Source: an uncultured Solirubrobacterales bacterium (lineage in GTDB: Bacteria > Actinomycetota > Thermoleophilia > Solirubrobacterales > Solirubrobacteraceae). Taken from it: DNA of 64,000 nucleotides. A program made the translations under genes and the position numbers. The notes beneath the pieces are model-generated. The model made no database searches. It worked only from the letters and a program-made list of their open reading frames with translations, and was not told the origin of the DNA. Shown piece after piece: positions 34,273-43,099 of the stretch; within the stretch, counting starts at the first letter, position 1, and every line of letters begins with the position of its first letter. Where the stretch lies: positions 2,805,600 to 2,869,599 of the forward strand of contig OY969921.1 in the NCBI GenBank assembly GCA_963704555.1. The letters are read 5' to 3'.

Positions 34273-34470
34273 TTAGGCCCTACGTATCCTGAGGGGGCTC
34301 TCTCGGCCTTGCGCCCGGATCTCTAGATAGATCTCCGTGCGGTGTACCGAAACGTCCGAGGGTGCCTGGATGCCGAGGCGTACTTTTGTGTCATCGCTCG
34401 ACAAGACCATGACCTCGATGTCGTCGCCGATCATGATGCTCTGTCTGGCCTTCCGCGTCAAAACGAGCAT
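34273..34470 (-). CDS. csrA: carbon storage regulator CsrA
   Basis: 65 aa: MLVLTRKARQSIMIGDDIEVMVLSSDDTKVRLGIQAPSDVSVHRTEIYLEI, collinear with canonical CsrA. Confidence 0.9.
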   Translation of the reverse strand: MLVLTRKARQSIMIGDDIEVMVLSSDDTKVRLGIQAPSDVSVHRTEIYLEIRAQGRESPLRIRRA

Positions 34471-34540
34471 GACTCTTTACAAGCTTAGCGCTGGAATGAC
34501 GATCTGGAGCCGAAAGCTCGTTATCGTTATAGGAGCGAAC

Positions 34541-35824
34541 ATGATCGAACTGGTAAAGAGTCCTTCAATGCGGGTTCTCTCCAAAGGTCGCCTTGCTCTT
34601 TGGCTGGCTGGCTTGCTCGTATTCGCGGCGCTACTGTTCGCCGTTGGTGCCCAAGCGCAGGGGACGAACGCCGCTAACGGTGCCGCGGAGACGCCGACAG
34701 GCGAACCGGCGACGGAAAGCGGCGCGCCTCCAGAAGAAGCCGCGTCTGTGGGCGAACAAGCGCCACCCGCGGCTGAAGAAGCACCCCCCGTCGCAGAGCA
34801 GACATCGCCCGTGACCGAACAAGCACCGTCCGCGACTCAAGAAGCACCCCCTGTAGTCGAACAAGCACCCCCCGCCACCGAACAAGCACCTCCAGCGACC
34901 GAACAAACACCACCCGTAGCCGAACAAACACCCCCTGTGGCCGAACAAACACCACCCGTAGCCGAACAAGCACCCCCTGTGGCCGAACAAACACCACCAG
35001 CGGCCGAACAAGCACCGCCTGCGACTCAAGAAGCACCCCCTGTAGTCGAACAAGCACCCCCCGCCACCGAACAAGCACCTCCAGCGACCGAACAAACACC
35101 GCCCGTGACTCAAGAAGCACCCCCCGTGACCGAACAAGCACCGCCCGCGGCCGAAGAAGCGATTCCTGTGACCGAAAAAAAGACCCTCGAACAGACTGCC
35201 GGCGAGGTGGGGGCTGAAGCGAGCGCCGAAGCCACCCAACGGTCTGGGGAAGACTCGCAGGTGGCCGCCGGCACCTCAGGGGTGACTCACAAAGACGTGA
35301 CGGGCGAAGTCGCGCCGGAAATCTCGATTGCCGTGACGACTTCTGTCGGGCCCGGCGCCGCGCCGGAAATCTCGACGGCGCCCGTACAGGAACACTCGCC
35401 CCTTATCTTGCGGCCGCGAACGATCTCGGCAAGCGACGCTGGGCAGATGAGCTGTGTCAGGGCATCGATCGCAGCAGGCTACGACGATGGCTGGTTGGAC
35501 ATCTCGCTCGCTTCGTCGTTATCGAATGTCGCCTTCGCCACCGCCGACGTCTCCTCGACAGCGATCGCCGCAGGTGCGCCTGCCGGCAGCCTAGGCAATG
35601 GCTCTACGATTGAGAATCGTCCCTCCAGCCCCGGATCTGGGTTCGGTGGAGGAGGCGGCGGCGGATCGGCTGCGGGGGGCGGTTCAGGCTCCGGCTCCTC
35701 AGCGTCCTCCACACTCGTGGATGTTCTCCTGCAAGCAGCGCCGCGCGCGATGCGGCGGTTGCGCCTGGCGCAACCGTCATGGCGCACGTCGTTCTTCGTT
35801 CTGATCCCAGAGCGACCGGACTAG
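34541..35824 (+). CDS. secreted Pro/Ala/Glu/Gln-rich repeat protein
   Basis: ATG 34541 has AGGAG 5 nt upstream. Signal segment LALWLAGLLVFAALLFAVGAQAQG. About 19 heptad repeats EQ(A/T)PP(A/V)(A/T). Gly-rich segment GSGFGGGGGGGSAAGGGSGSGSS near the C-terminus. Confidence 0.75.
   Translation: MIELVKSPSMRVLSKGRLALWLAGLLVFAALLFAVGAQAQGTNAANGAAETPTGEPATESGAPPEEAASVGEQAPPAAEEAPPVAEQTSPVTEQAPSATQEAPPVVEQAPPATEQAPPATEQTPPVAEQTPPVAEQTPPVAEQAPPVAEQTPPAAEQAPPATQEAPPVVEQAPPATEQAPPATEQTPPVTQEAPPVTEQAPPAAEEAIPVTEKKTLEQTAGEVGAEASAEATQRSGEDSQVAAGTSGVTHKDVTGEVAPEISIAVTTSVGPGAAPEISTAPVQEHSPLILRPRTISASDAGQMSCVRASIAAGYDDGWLDISLASSLSNVAFATADVSSTAIAAGAPAGSLGNGSTIENRPSSPGSGFGGGGGGGSAAGGGSGSGSSASSTLVDVLLQAAPRAMRRLRLAQPSWRTSFFVLIPERPD
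34750..35165. repeat. 21-bp tandem repeats (about 19 units) with a 189-bp higher-order duplication
   Basis: GAACAAGCACC(N)CC(N)GC(N)ACC-type units. The block starting near 34817 recurs near 35006, an offset of 189 bp (9 units). Confidence 0.85.
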
Positions 35825-35918
35825 CTCCTACCGGTCTCTCTAACTCGGTCCTGGATCGCTCCTGATCCAGGCCAATTGGCTATCAGATCGAAGTTCTGTT
35901 GAAAGGAGCTGTATTGAT

Positions 35919-36443
35919 ATGACGCATCATTTGACATCGTCAACGGCAAGTCCATATGCACGTAATCAGGGCCACGAGGTGGAAGCAGCCTCGGATCTCG
36001 CCCGCACCCATGACGGTGAGACCAATTTGTCAGTTGCTGCGCAACCCCGGCCGCACCTGACGCTCGCGAGTACGCTCGTCTGGAGGCATAGGCTGATCTT
36101 GACAGGCAAGTTGGACTACCGTTCGGCTTCTGAGCTTGAGGAGGAGATCGACTGTCTATGCCAAGAAGGCGTCACGATCCTCACGCTCGATCTTCGTCAG
36201 CTCGACGCGATCGATCCAACTGGGGCCACGGTAATCGCGGTCCGCGGTGCCGCTTGCAGTAGGCGAGGACATGACTTCGCCGTGATCCCCGGGTCGCGCG
36301 TCATCCATCGCGCGTTGGCTGAGGCAGGCGCCACGGACTTGCTGATGCTCGATCGGAATGAGAGCGCTGTTCGCTGTTATCCGAGCTCCTCTACAGGCGG
36401 CCTTTTCTCAGATAGGTCGACCACGACGATCAAAAACTTGTGA
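35919..36443 (+). CDS. STAS-domain protein (anti-sigma-factor antagonist-like)
   Basis: 174 aa. LILTGKLDYRSASELEEEIDCLCQEGVTILTLDLRQLDAIDPTGATVI is a typical STAS core. AAAGGAG precedes the ATG. Confidence 0.7.
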   Translation: MTHHLTSSTASPYARNQGHEVEAASDLARTHDGETNLSVAAQPRPHLTLASTLVWRHRLILTGKLDYRSASELEEEIDCLCQEGVTILTLDLRQLDAIDPTGATVIAVRGAACSRRGHDFAVIPGSRVIHRALAEAGATDLLMLDRNESAVRCYPSSSTGGLFSDRSTTTIKNL

Positions 36444-36462
36444 CTGAAGCCGTATCTGCAAA

Positions 36463-36493
36463 GGGTGTCGGTTCGAGTTCGCTAGCTCCACCA
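36463..36493 (+). other. decayed tRNA 3'-end-like sequence (tRNA-Ala or tmRNA-like ...TTCGAGT...GCTAGCTCCACCA)
   Basis: GGGTGTCGGTTCGAGTTCGCTAGCTCCACCA resembles a T-arm plus acceptor plus CCA, but the T-stem does not pair well and no 5' half is present. Confidence 0.3.
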
Positions 36494-36601
36494 CAGATGT
36501 CTTGGGTAAACCCTAGCCCCGAAGAATGGGGGTGGGGTTTGCGCAAGAAGACCGGGTCCCGCTCTGGGGCGCTGCCCTTAAGCGAAGGCTAGGCTGGTTC
36601 A

Positions 36602-37240
36602 GTGCACATCCAGCCCAAGTACGCGATGAGCTCGGTCGAGGCTCGGCGGGTCATCGCCGAGCATGGATGGGCGCGCGTGGTCTCAAGCGGAGCCGAAGGC
36701 CTGCGCGCAACGTATGGATTCTTCCTGCTCGAGGACGAAACGGGAGACGAGGTTGTCGTGGTCGGGCACTTTGCCCGCGCGGACCCACAATGCGCCGACA
36801 TCGAGGCGCGCACTCCAGTCCTGTTGATCTTCGAGGGGGGCCACGGATACGTCTCGGCGTCCTGGTATCGCCCGGAGCTGACGGACGTCCCGAGCACGAT
36901 GAACCATCTTTCCGTCCACATCCATGGGACGCCTCAGCCGCTCGACGGAGATGAGCAGTTCGAGGTCCTACGCCGAACGCTCGAGCACCACGAGGCGGTG
37001 CTCGGCGAGAGTCGATGGCGATTGGAGGGAGGAGGGCTCGAGCTGTCTCGCAGAATCGCCTCGCAAACTGTCGCCTTCAGGCTTCGCGCCGATCGCTTGG
37101 AAGCCAAGGCCAAGCTCTCCCAGGCAATGCCCCGCCCGGTACGCGAGCGGATCGTCGAGCGACTCGAGCAGCCGGGACCCCACCAACACCCTGAGCTGGC
37201 TTCGCTCATGCGCAGATTGTCATTGGGCAATCTGCCCTAG
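36602..37240 (+). CDS. FMN-binding negative transcriptional regulator (PaiB family)
   Basis: 212 aa. The N-terminus MHIQPKYAMSSVEARRVIAEHGWARVVS and overall length fit the PaiB family. Confidence 0.7.
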   Translation: MHIQPKYAMSSVEARRVIAEHGWARVVSSGAEGLRATYGFFLLEDETGDEVVVVGHFARADPQCADIEARTPVLLIFEGGHGYVSASWYRPELTDVPSTMNHLSVHIHGTPQPLDGDEQFEVLRRTLEHHEAVLGESRWRLEGGGLELSRRIASQTVAFRLRADRLEAKAKLSQAMPRPVRERIVERLEQPGPHQHPELASLMRRLSLGNLP

Positions 37241-38010
37241 CCGGCAACGGGCTGCATCACCGTGAATGCCGCTCCCTGGGGGTCGATCAGACCAGCGAAG
37301 CGTCCGATCGGCATGTCCATCGGCTCGTTTGTGACGGTTGCCCCGAGCTCGCGCGCCTTGGCTACGACGGCGTCGCAGTCGGCTACGGCGAAGACCACGC
37401 CCCAGTGCGGCGGGATCTCGGCCGGGAAATACTCGTCGCTCATCTGCATCATGCCTCCGACCTGTTTCCCTGCCAGCTCCCACACCGTGTACGTCTCCGG
37501 CGCGCCCTCGAACGCGGGGGGGCGGCCCTGCCAACCGAAGACTGCCGAGTAGAACGCCTTGCCGGCGTCGGCATCACGGGTGAGCACCTCGTTCCAGCAG
37601 AGCGAGCCCGGCTCGTTGACAAGGTCGGCGCCGGTGAAGCTCTTCGGCTGCCAGACGCCGAACACGGCGCCGGTGGGGTCGGCGAAGAGCGCCATCCGCC
37701 CGATGTCCATTACATCCATCGGCTCGAGCACGACGCTGCCGCCTGCAGACTTGACCTTGCCGGCCGTCTCCTCAGCATCGGCGACGCTTATATATGTGGC
37801 CCACGCGGTGGGCTGACCCTCCTGCATGTGGCCCATCAGGCCCGCGATGTTCTTGTCCTTCAGCTGGAACATGCGGTAGCCGCCGGTCTCGGCAGATCCC
37901 GGCTCTGTAGCGCTCCAGCCCATTAGCTCACCGTAGAAACGTGCGGAGGCGTCGGTGTCCGGCGAGGAAAGTTCGATCCAGGACGGGGTTCCAGGGGCAT
38001 AGTCGGGCAT
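37237..38010 (-). CDS. two-domain VOC (glyoxalase/bleomycin-resistance) family protein
   Basis: ORF to 38157. Preferred start is ATG 38010 (MPDYAPGTPSWIELSSPDTDASARFYGELMGWS). A second repeat follows (LCWNEVLTRDADAGKAFYSAVFGW). Confidence 0.8.
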   Translation of the reverse strand: MPDYAPGTPSWIELSSPDTDASARFYGELMGWSATEPGSAETGGYRMFQLKDKNIAGLMGHMQEGQPTAWATYISVADAEETAGKVKSAGGSVVLEPMDVMDIGRMALFADPTGAVFGVWQPKSFTGADLVNEPGSLCWNEVLTRDADAGKAFYSAVFGWQGRPPAFEGAPETYTVWELAGKQVGGMMQMSDEYFPAEIPPHWGVVFAVADCDAVVAKARELGATVTNEPMDMPIGRFAGLIDPQGAAFTVMQPVAG

Positions 38011-38076
38011 GAGGGCTCCTTTGCGGACGGGTACACCTTGATCGTGGCAGATCGACAGGTGAATTGCGATTGGGAC

Positions 38077-38216
38077 GGTCGGCGCATGCGCCGGCCGCGA
38101 CGGCGCACATGTGCGCCGTCGTCGGGGCGCGCATGCGCGCCCCGCGCAGGGCCGCATGCGGCCCTGCGTTCCGACCCGTACATGTACGGGTCGGCCCCCG
38201 GCACATGTGCCGGGGG
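38077..38216. repeat. array of six back-to-back perfect GC-rich palindromes, all centred on CATG
   Basis: 38080-38093 CGGCGCATGCGCCG; 38098-38121 CGACGGCGCACATGTGCGCCGTCG; 38123-38144 CGGGGCGCGCATGCGCGCCCCG; 38145-38168 CGCAGGGCCGCATGCGGCCCTGCG; 38171-38194 CCGACCCGTACATGTACGGGTCGG; 38195-38216 CCCCCGGCACATGTGCCGGGGG. Confidence 0.95.
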
Positions 38217-38258
38217 TCCATTATCAATCTCGCATCGATCTGGGCCCGCGGCCGACGA

Positions 38259-39236
38259 CTAAGGCGTGATGACGACGCGGCCGAACGCCTTGCGACTCTC
38301 GGCGTATTCGTGCGCAGCGGCGGCATCCGAGAGCGGGAACGAGCGATCGATCTCTACTTGTAGCTCGCCGCTTGCTACCCGCTCCAGCATGTCGCCGATC
38401 ATGGGATGGACGCGGGCGTACTCCGACAGGAGCGCGCCGCCGAGAAAGACGCCGTGCAGCGAGTTGTTGCGCGTCCACAGCGACCGCGCCTCGACTTGCG
38501 AGCCTGCACGAGCGGCCACACCCACGCTGACGAGCCGACCCCGGTAGGCGAGCACGTCGATGCTGTCGATGAGGTTCTGGCCGCCAATCGAGTCGAGAAC
38601 GACCTCCACACCGCGCGAAGCGGTCAGCTGGGTGGTGCGCTCCACGAAGCTTTCGGTCGCATAGTTGATCGGGTGGTCGAGTCCGAGCGCCTTCAGCCGC
38701 TCCAGCTTCTCCTCGCGGGAGGCCGTCGCGATCACGGTCGCGCCTGCGCGCTTGGCCAGTTGGATCGCGGCCATTCCCACGCCGCCGGCGCCGGCGTGGA
38801 CCAGCACGGTCTGGCCCGCGACGAGGTTGCCGGCGGTGAACAGACACTCGTATGCGGTTCCGAACGCAACCGGCACGCACGCGGCACGAGCCGCATCCAG
38901 CCCGGCGGGGATCGGCCAGGTCATCGCCGCGGGGACCGCTCGCCTGGCGGCGTGCGACCCTGCCGCGTTCAGGGCGACCACCCGATCGCCAACCGCGCGG
39001 TCCTCGACCCCGCCGCCAACCTCGCTGACGATGCCGGCGCTCAGATAGCCGACGGTATGTGGGGTCGCGTGCAGATCTCCTGCCGCGCGGGCAAGCAGAT
39101 CGCCGCCCTCGATGCTGATCGCCTCGGCGTCAACGATCACGCAGCCGTCCGGGCATTCCGGGTCGGACACATCCTCGTAGCGAAGCACCTCCGGCGTGCC
39201 GTTCTCGTAGATAACCGCTGCCTTCATTTGCGCCAT
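38259..39236 (-). CDS. NADPH:quinone oxidoreductase / zinc-type alcohol dehydrogenase superfamily protein
   Basis: 325 aa. MKAAVIYENGTPEVLRYEDV..., cofactor motif HAGAGGVGMAAIQLAK. Confidence 0.85.
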   Translation of the reverse strand: MAQMKAAVIYENGTPEVLRYEDVSDPECPDGCVIVDAEAISIEGGDLLARAAGDLHATPHTVGYLSAGIVSEVGGGVEDRAVGDRVVALNAAGSHAARRAVPAAMTWPIPAGLDAARAACVPVAFGTAYECLFTAGNLVAGQTVLVHAGAGGVGMAAIQLAKRAGATVIATASREEKLERLKALGLDHPINYATESFVERTTQLTASRGVEVVLDSIGGQNLIDSIDVLAYRGRLVSVGVAARAGSQVEARSLWTRNNSLHGVFLGGALLSEYARVHPMIGDMLERVASGELQVEIDRSFPLSDAAAAHEYAESRKAFGRVVITP

Positions 39237-39427
39237 CCTCTCGCTTTCGACGTCGCGCCGTCAGACCTCATGCTCGGGTCTCCAGCCACGCACGGTAGCG
39301 GTCCAGCGCACGTCGTTGCACACGCTGGTCGCATACCAGCGCGTATAGCGGGGGCGTCCTGCTTGGGGTGCCGAACCCCCAGCCCCCGACGGCTTCCCTG
39401 CCGGGGGGCGTTCGAAACTCGCGCGTG

Positions 39428-40399
39428 CTACAGCCAGTCGCGACGCCGGAAGCCTCGGTACAGACCACCTGACAGCACGATGATGAGGGCCGTCGAAAAC
39501 CAGAATCCCCAGTGAGCCGCGAAACCTGGGTAAGGCACATTCTGCCCGTAGAAGCCCGTGATTGCCGTAGGGACGGCAATGATCGCCGCCCAGCTCGTGA
39601 CCTTCTTCATCACGAGGTTCATCCGGTTGCCTTGGATCGTGAGGTTCGTCTCGAGGATAGTGCTCACTAGATCGCGCAGCGACTCCGTCCACTCGGTCGC
39701 GCGAAGCACATGGTCATACACGTCTTGGTAATAAGGAACCATTCCCTCGTCGAGTACGTGCAAGTCGCGACGCATTAGGGAGTTGACGACCTCGCGCATC
39801 GGCAGTACCACACGTCGGAGTAGAACTAGGCTCTTGCGAAACTCAAACGACCGGCGCTGAACCTCGGTGTCGCGTGGCGCCTCATCGAATAGAAGATCCT
39901 CCAGCGCCTCGATCTCGCTGTCAAGCGACTGCACCGCCTCGAAGTGCCCATCGACGATGTCGTCCAATAGACCCCAGAGCAGGAACGAGACACCGTACTG
40001 GGCAAGCTCCTTCGACGCGTCCCAGCGAGCCAGCAGTGAGTCGACCCGGGCGCCCTCCTCCATGCGGACCGTGACGAGTGCACGCGGCGTGATGAAAGCG
40101 CCGACTTCGTGCGTACACAACTCACCAGACTCAGTATCCAACTTCACGGCATAGGCACTCAAGAACAGATGCGTGTCATACCGGTCGAGCTTGGGACGTT
40201 GATGCGCGCTGATCGCATCCTCGACCGCCAACGGGTGCAGCTGCAACTCCTCGGCGATCGTCGCGAGCTCCGCCTCGGTTGGGTCGCAATAGTCCAACCA
40301 CACGCATGCGCCCTCGTCCTCAAGGTGCTCAGAGATGTCCTCGACCGGAAAATCCTCGAGCACCAGCTTGCCCTCGCGGTACAGTCGAGTGCGCGCCAC
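39428..40399 (-). CDS. corA: CorA-family divalent-cation transporter
   Basis: ORF to 40552. Preferred start is GTG 40399 (VARTRLYREGK). Two C-terminal TM helices flank FYGQNVPYPG, a GMN-type motif that reads GQN here. Confidence 0.8.
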   Translation of the reverse strand: MARTRLYREGKLVLEDFPVEDISEHLEDEGACVWLDYCDPTEAELATIAEELQLHPLAVEDAISAHQRPKLDRYDTHLFLSAYAVKLDTESGELCTHEVGAFITPRALVTVRMEEGARVDSLLARWDASKELAQYGVSFLLWGLLDDIVDGHFEAVQSLDSEIEALEDLLFDEAPRDTEVQRRSFEFRKSLVLLRRVVLPMREVVNSLMRRDLHVLDEGMVPYYQDVYDHVLRATEWTESLRDLVSTILETNLTIQGNRMNLVMKKVTSWAAIIAVPTAITGFYGQNVPYPGFAAHWGFWFSTALIIVLSGGLYRGFRRRDWL

Positions 40400-40412
40400 G
40401 ACCGAAACAATA

Positions 40413-40552
40413 TGACCAGCGTCGGACCATGCCGGACGTTGACCAGCGTCGGACCGGCCCTGCAAGGAGCACACGCGAAGCGGGCGGCGAACGCACCACG
40501 GGGCCCACGCGGCGGACCAGGGACACGGACCAGGGACACGGACCAGGGACAT
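40413..40552. repeat. short direct repeats in the corA / VOC divergent intergenic region
   Basis: TGACCAGCGTCGGACC x2 (40413-40428 and 40440-40455). GGACCAGGGACA(C/T) x3 in tandem (40514-40552). Confidence 0.85.
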
Positions 40553-40615
40553 ATACGGACGCGATGTGCGGCGTAAAGCGCGACTATGGAGTCAATTCCG
40601 ACAATGGAGGTCAGC

Positions 40616-41047
40616 ATGAGCACCATCGCCCAGGAGATGGTTTTGGCCCATTTCATCGTTTCAGACGATGTTGAGCGTTCCCGCCGCTTCTACACCGACG
40701 TACTTGGCGGTAGGACCGTCATCTCAGGCGAGGCGGATGACGAGGTGACGTACGTAGCGCTGGCCAACAGCTGGATCATCATCAACGTCGGAGGAGACCC
40801 GACCGACGACAAGCCGACCGTCACGCTCGAGACGCAGCCCGACCCAGATCGAGTAAACAGCTTCCTCAACATCCGAGTTGCCGACATCCAAGCCGTGTAT
40901 GCCGAGTGGAGCGAACGAGGCGCCGAATTCCTAACGCCGCCAAAGAAGCACGCCACCGAGATCCGCTGCTACATCCGCGATCCCGACGGCTACCTGATCG
41001 AGGTGGGCCAAACAACCCTGGACAGAGGCTGGCGCCCACCATCTTGA
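40616..41047 (+). CDS. VOC (glyoxalase) family protein
   Basis: ATG 40616 has GGAGG 6 nt upstream. MSTIAQEMVLAHFIVSDDVERSRRFYTDVLGG ... IRDPDGYLIEV. Confidence 0.8.
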   Translation: MSTIAQEMVLAHFIVSDDVERSRRFYTDVLGGRTVISGEADDEVTYVALANSWIIINVGGDPTDDKPTVTLETQPDPDRVNSFLNIRVADIQAVYAEWSERGAEFLTPPKKHATEIRCYIRDPDGYLIEVGQTTLDRGWRPPS

Positions 41048-41266
41048 TCGCATCACCTGTGTGGGCACGCCCCTAACGACTCTATCGCCTGCACAAGCTC
41101 GCCTGCCCAAGCCGCTTTCGACAGGAGCGCCCTAAGGCAAGCTTCGTGTCCCCTACTCCACCAGAAACCTCGCGAAACGGCCGATATTGGTTGAGGGTTT
41201 GCCGGGCCTATGTGACGCTGCTGTGGAACGCCGTCGACACCACTCACGTACGAAGGGAGCCAACAT

Positions 41267-41776
41267 ATGCGATTGGTCGAGCTAAACAGGATCACCGATG
41301 GCGACTGGCAGCAGGTCCTCGCCGGAGAGTCCGAGCCGTGGGGCGGTGTCGGCGAAGCGTTGCGGTGGCGAGAGAAGAGCCACAACCTCGGTCTGTACGA
41401 TGACGCGGGAAACCTCGTGGCGCTTGCGGGACTCGTCCTCGCGAAGGTCCAGGTAGCCGACGCGCTGCTTCGGGTGGTCGGGATCGGTGGTGTGATCGTC
41501 ACTCGCTCCGCCCGCGGGCTCGGTTTTGCGCGCGTGTTGATCGAGCGAGTGCTCCAGATCGCCCACGAGCTTGGGGCCGAACGGGCAATGCTCTTCTGCT
41601 TGCCGGCAAACGTCGGGCTGTACGCCAAGTTTGGGTTTCAGCTCATCGAGGAGCCGGTCTGGGCGGCGCAGCCCGGAGGCTTGATCGAGATGCCGCTGCA
41701 CGCCCTGTGGAAGCCGCTCACCCCCACAGCAACCTGGCCTGCGGGCAAAATTGAGCTGCTGGACGAGCCGTTCTGA
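41267..41776 (+). CDS. GNAT-family N-acetyltransferase
   Basis: 169 aa. Acetyl-CoA-binding segment VVGIGGVIVTRSARGLGFARVLIERVLQIA. Confidence 0.75.
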   Translation: MRLVELNRITDGDWQQVLAGESEPWGGVGEALRWREKSHNLGLYDDAGNLVALAGLVLAKVQVADALLRVVGIGGVIVTRSARGLGFARVLIERVLQIAHELGAERAMLFCLPANVGLYAKFGFQLIEEPVWAAQPGGLIEMPLHALWKPLTPTATWPAGKIELLDEPF

Positions 41777-42184
41777 ATCTGGGCAAACAGCCTCGCCGCT
41801 AGTGGCCAGCTCCGCCGACCAGGACGAGGAACGGGAAGGCCGAGCTTCGTCAGCTTGGCGGAGTTGGAGAGATCGGCAATGTCGCTCACAGCGACCGTCC
41901 AGTGCCACAGGTCGCGTGGCATCTGGTGGATGGACGGAAGCCCAATCTCGGCTAGCACCCGATACCACTCCGCCCAAGCCGTCTGCTCCTCATCGGCAAG
42001 ATAGAGCGCTACCTCCTCTTGGCTATTACGTAAACGACAAGACGGGCAGCGTTTCAGGCGTGCTTACAGGGCACCCAGGACGCGCGGCAGTTAGCCGACC
42101 TGGATTTTCCCGCCGCCTTCTACTTCGATCTCCTGCAGGGCTCGTTTAGTCTCTTTTCCAGGTGGCCACGTCCAGAGCCACGAA

Positions 42185-43099
42185 TTATGCCGGAGGCTCG
42201 GATGTAGGTGAGACCGGGACCGGATACGTGCCCGATTCCAGACGCTCGCGGTCGCTCGTCGCGGTGTCGAGCGCCGCCCGCGCAGCCGCGAGCGCCTCGT
42301 CGAGGCGCTCGCGCTCGGGACCGTCGACAGCGGCGCGACGGCCCCGCGCGGCGGCAAGGAGCGGCTGCAAGACATCCATCGGCAGCGGAAACACGATCGT
42401 AGAGCTCTGTTTGTTGCTCACCTCAAGCAGTGTCTGTAGGTAACGAAGCTGGATCGTTACGGGATTGCGGCTGATCACATCGGCTGCGTCGTTCAGTCGT
42501 GCGGCTGCCTGGAACTCACCCTCGGCGTTGATGATCTTCGCGCGGCGCTCGCGCTCGGCCTCGGCCTGGCGCGCCATCGCGTGCTGCATCCGCTCGGGGA
42601 TCTCGACGTCCTTGATCTCGACCGCGGTGACCTTCACACCCCAAGGCTCGGTCTGGTCGTCGATGATCCGCTGGAGGTGCTCGTTCAAGCGCTCGCGCTC
42701 GGCCAGCAATGCGTCGAGCTCGGCCTTGCCCAGCACCGAGCGCAGGGTCGTCTGGGCGATCTGCGAAGTGGCAGCCAATACGTCTTCGATCTCGAGCACT
42801 GACTTGGTGGAATCGATGATCCGGTAGTAGGCGACGGCAGTGACGCGCGCGGGCACGTTGTCACGAGTTATGACCTCCTGCGCGGGGATCTGCAGCGTGA
42901 TCGTGCGTAGGCTGACGCGAACCATGCGATCGATCGCGGGCACCAGGAAGATCAGACCTGGCCCGCGCTGACTGGTCACACGCCCGAGACGGAAGACGAC
43001 GCCACGCTCGTACTCCCGCAACACGCGCACCGAAGCCCCCGCAAGCACGAGCGCCGTCACCATGATGCAACTGAGGACTATGACGAGCGCGAGGATCAT
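42185..43099 (-). CDS. SPFH/band-7 (stomatin-like) membrane protein
   Basis: Preferred start is ATG 43099 ([21 protein letters not shown]), in an ATGA overlap with the nfeD stop. [17 protein letters not shown] is a typical SPFH start. Confidence 0.85.
   Translation of the reverse strand: MILALVIVLSCIMVTALVLAGASVRVLREYERGVVFRLGRVTSQRGPGLIFLVPAIDRMVRVSLRTITLQIPAQEVITRDNVPARVTAVAYYRIIDSTKSVLEIEDVLAATSQIAQTTLRSVLGKAELDALLAERERLNEHLQRIIDDQTEPWGVKVTAVEIKDVEIPERMQHAMARQAEAERERRAKIINAEGEFQAAARLNDAADVISRNPVTIQLRYLQTLLEVSNKQSSTIVFPLPMDVLQPLLAAARGRRAAVDGPERERLDEALAAARAALDTATSDRERLESGTYPVPVSPTSEPPA

Noticed and set aside
34631-35239. Two long minus-strand ORFs (202 and 155 aa) across the Pro-rich repeat
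   Set aside because: They stay open only because the 21-bp repeat lacks stop codons in those frames. They translate to Arg/Cys/Gly/Phe or Arg/Val/Leu repeats with no start context.
35850-35871. Hairpin CCTGGATC(6 nt)GATCCAGG after the repeat-protein gene, considered as an intrinsic terminator
   Set aside because: The stem is only 8 bp and no T-tract follows, so it was not listed as a feature.
38406-39515. 369-aa plus-strand ORF
   Set aside because: It is antisense to the quinone oxidoreductase gene and has no motifs.
41790-41958. Small minus-strand ORF (VLAEIGLPSIHQMPRDLWHWTVAVSDIADLSNSAKLTKLG...) after the GNAT gene
   Set aside because: The sequence looks protein-like, but its only start is a GTG, the frame continues upstream without a start, and no family is recognised. 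It is possibly another gene fragment.
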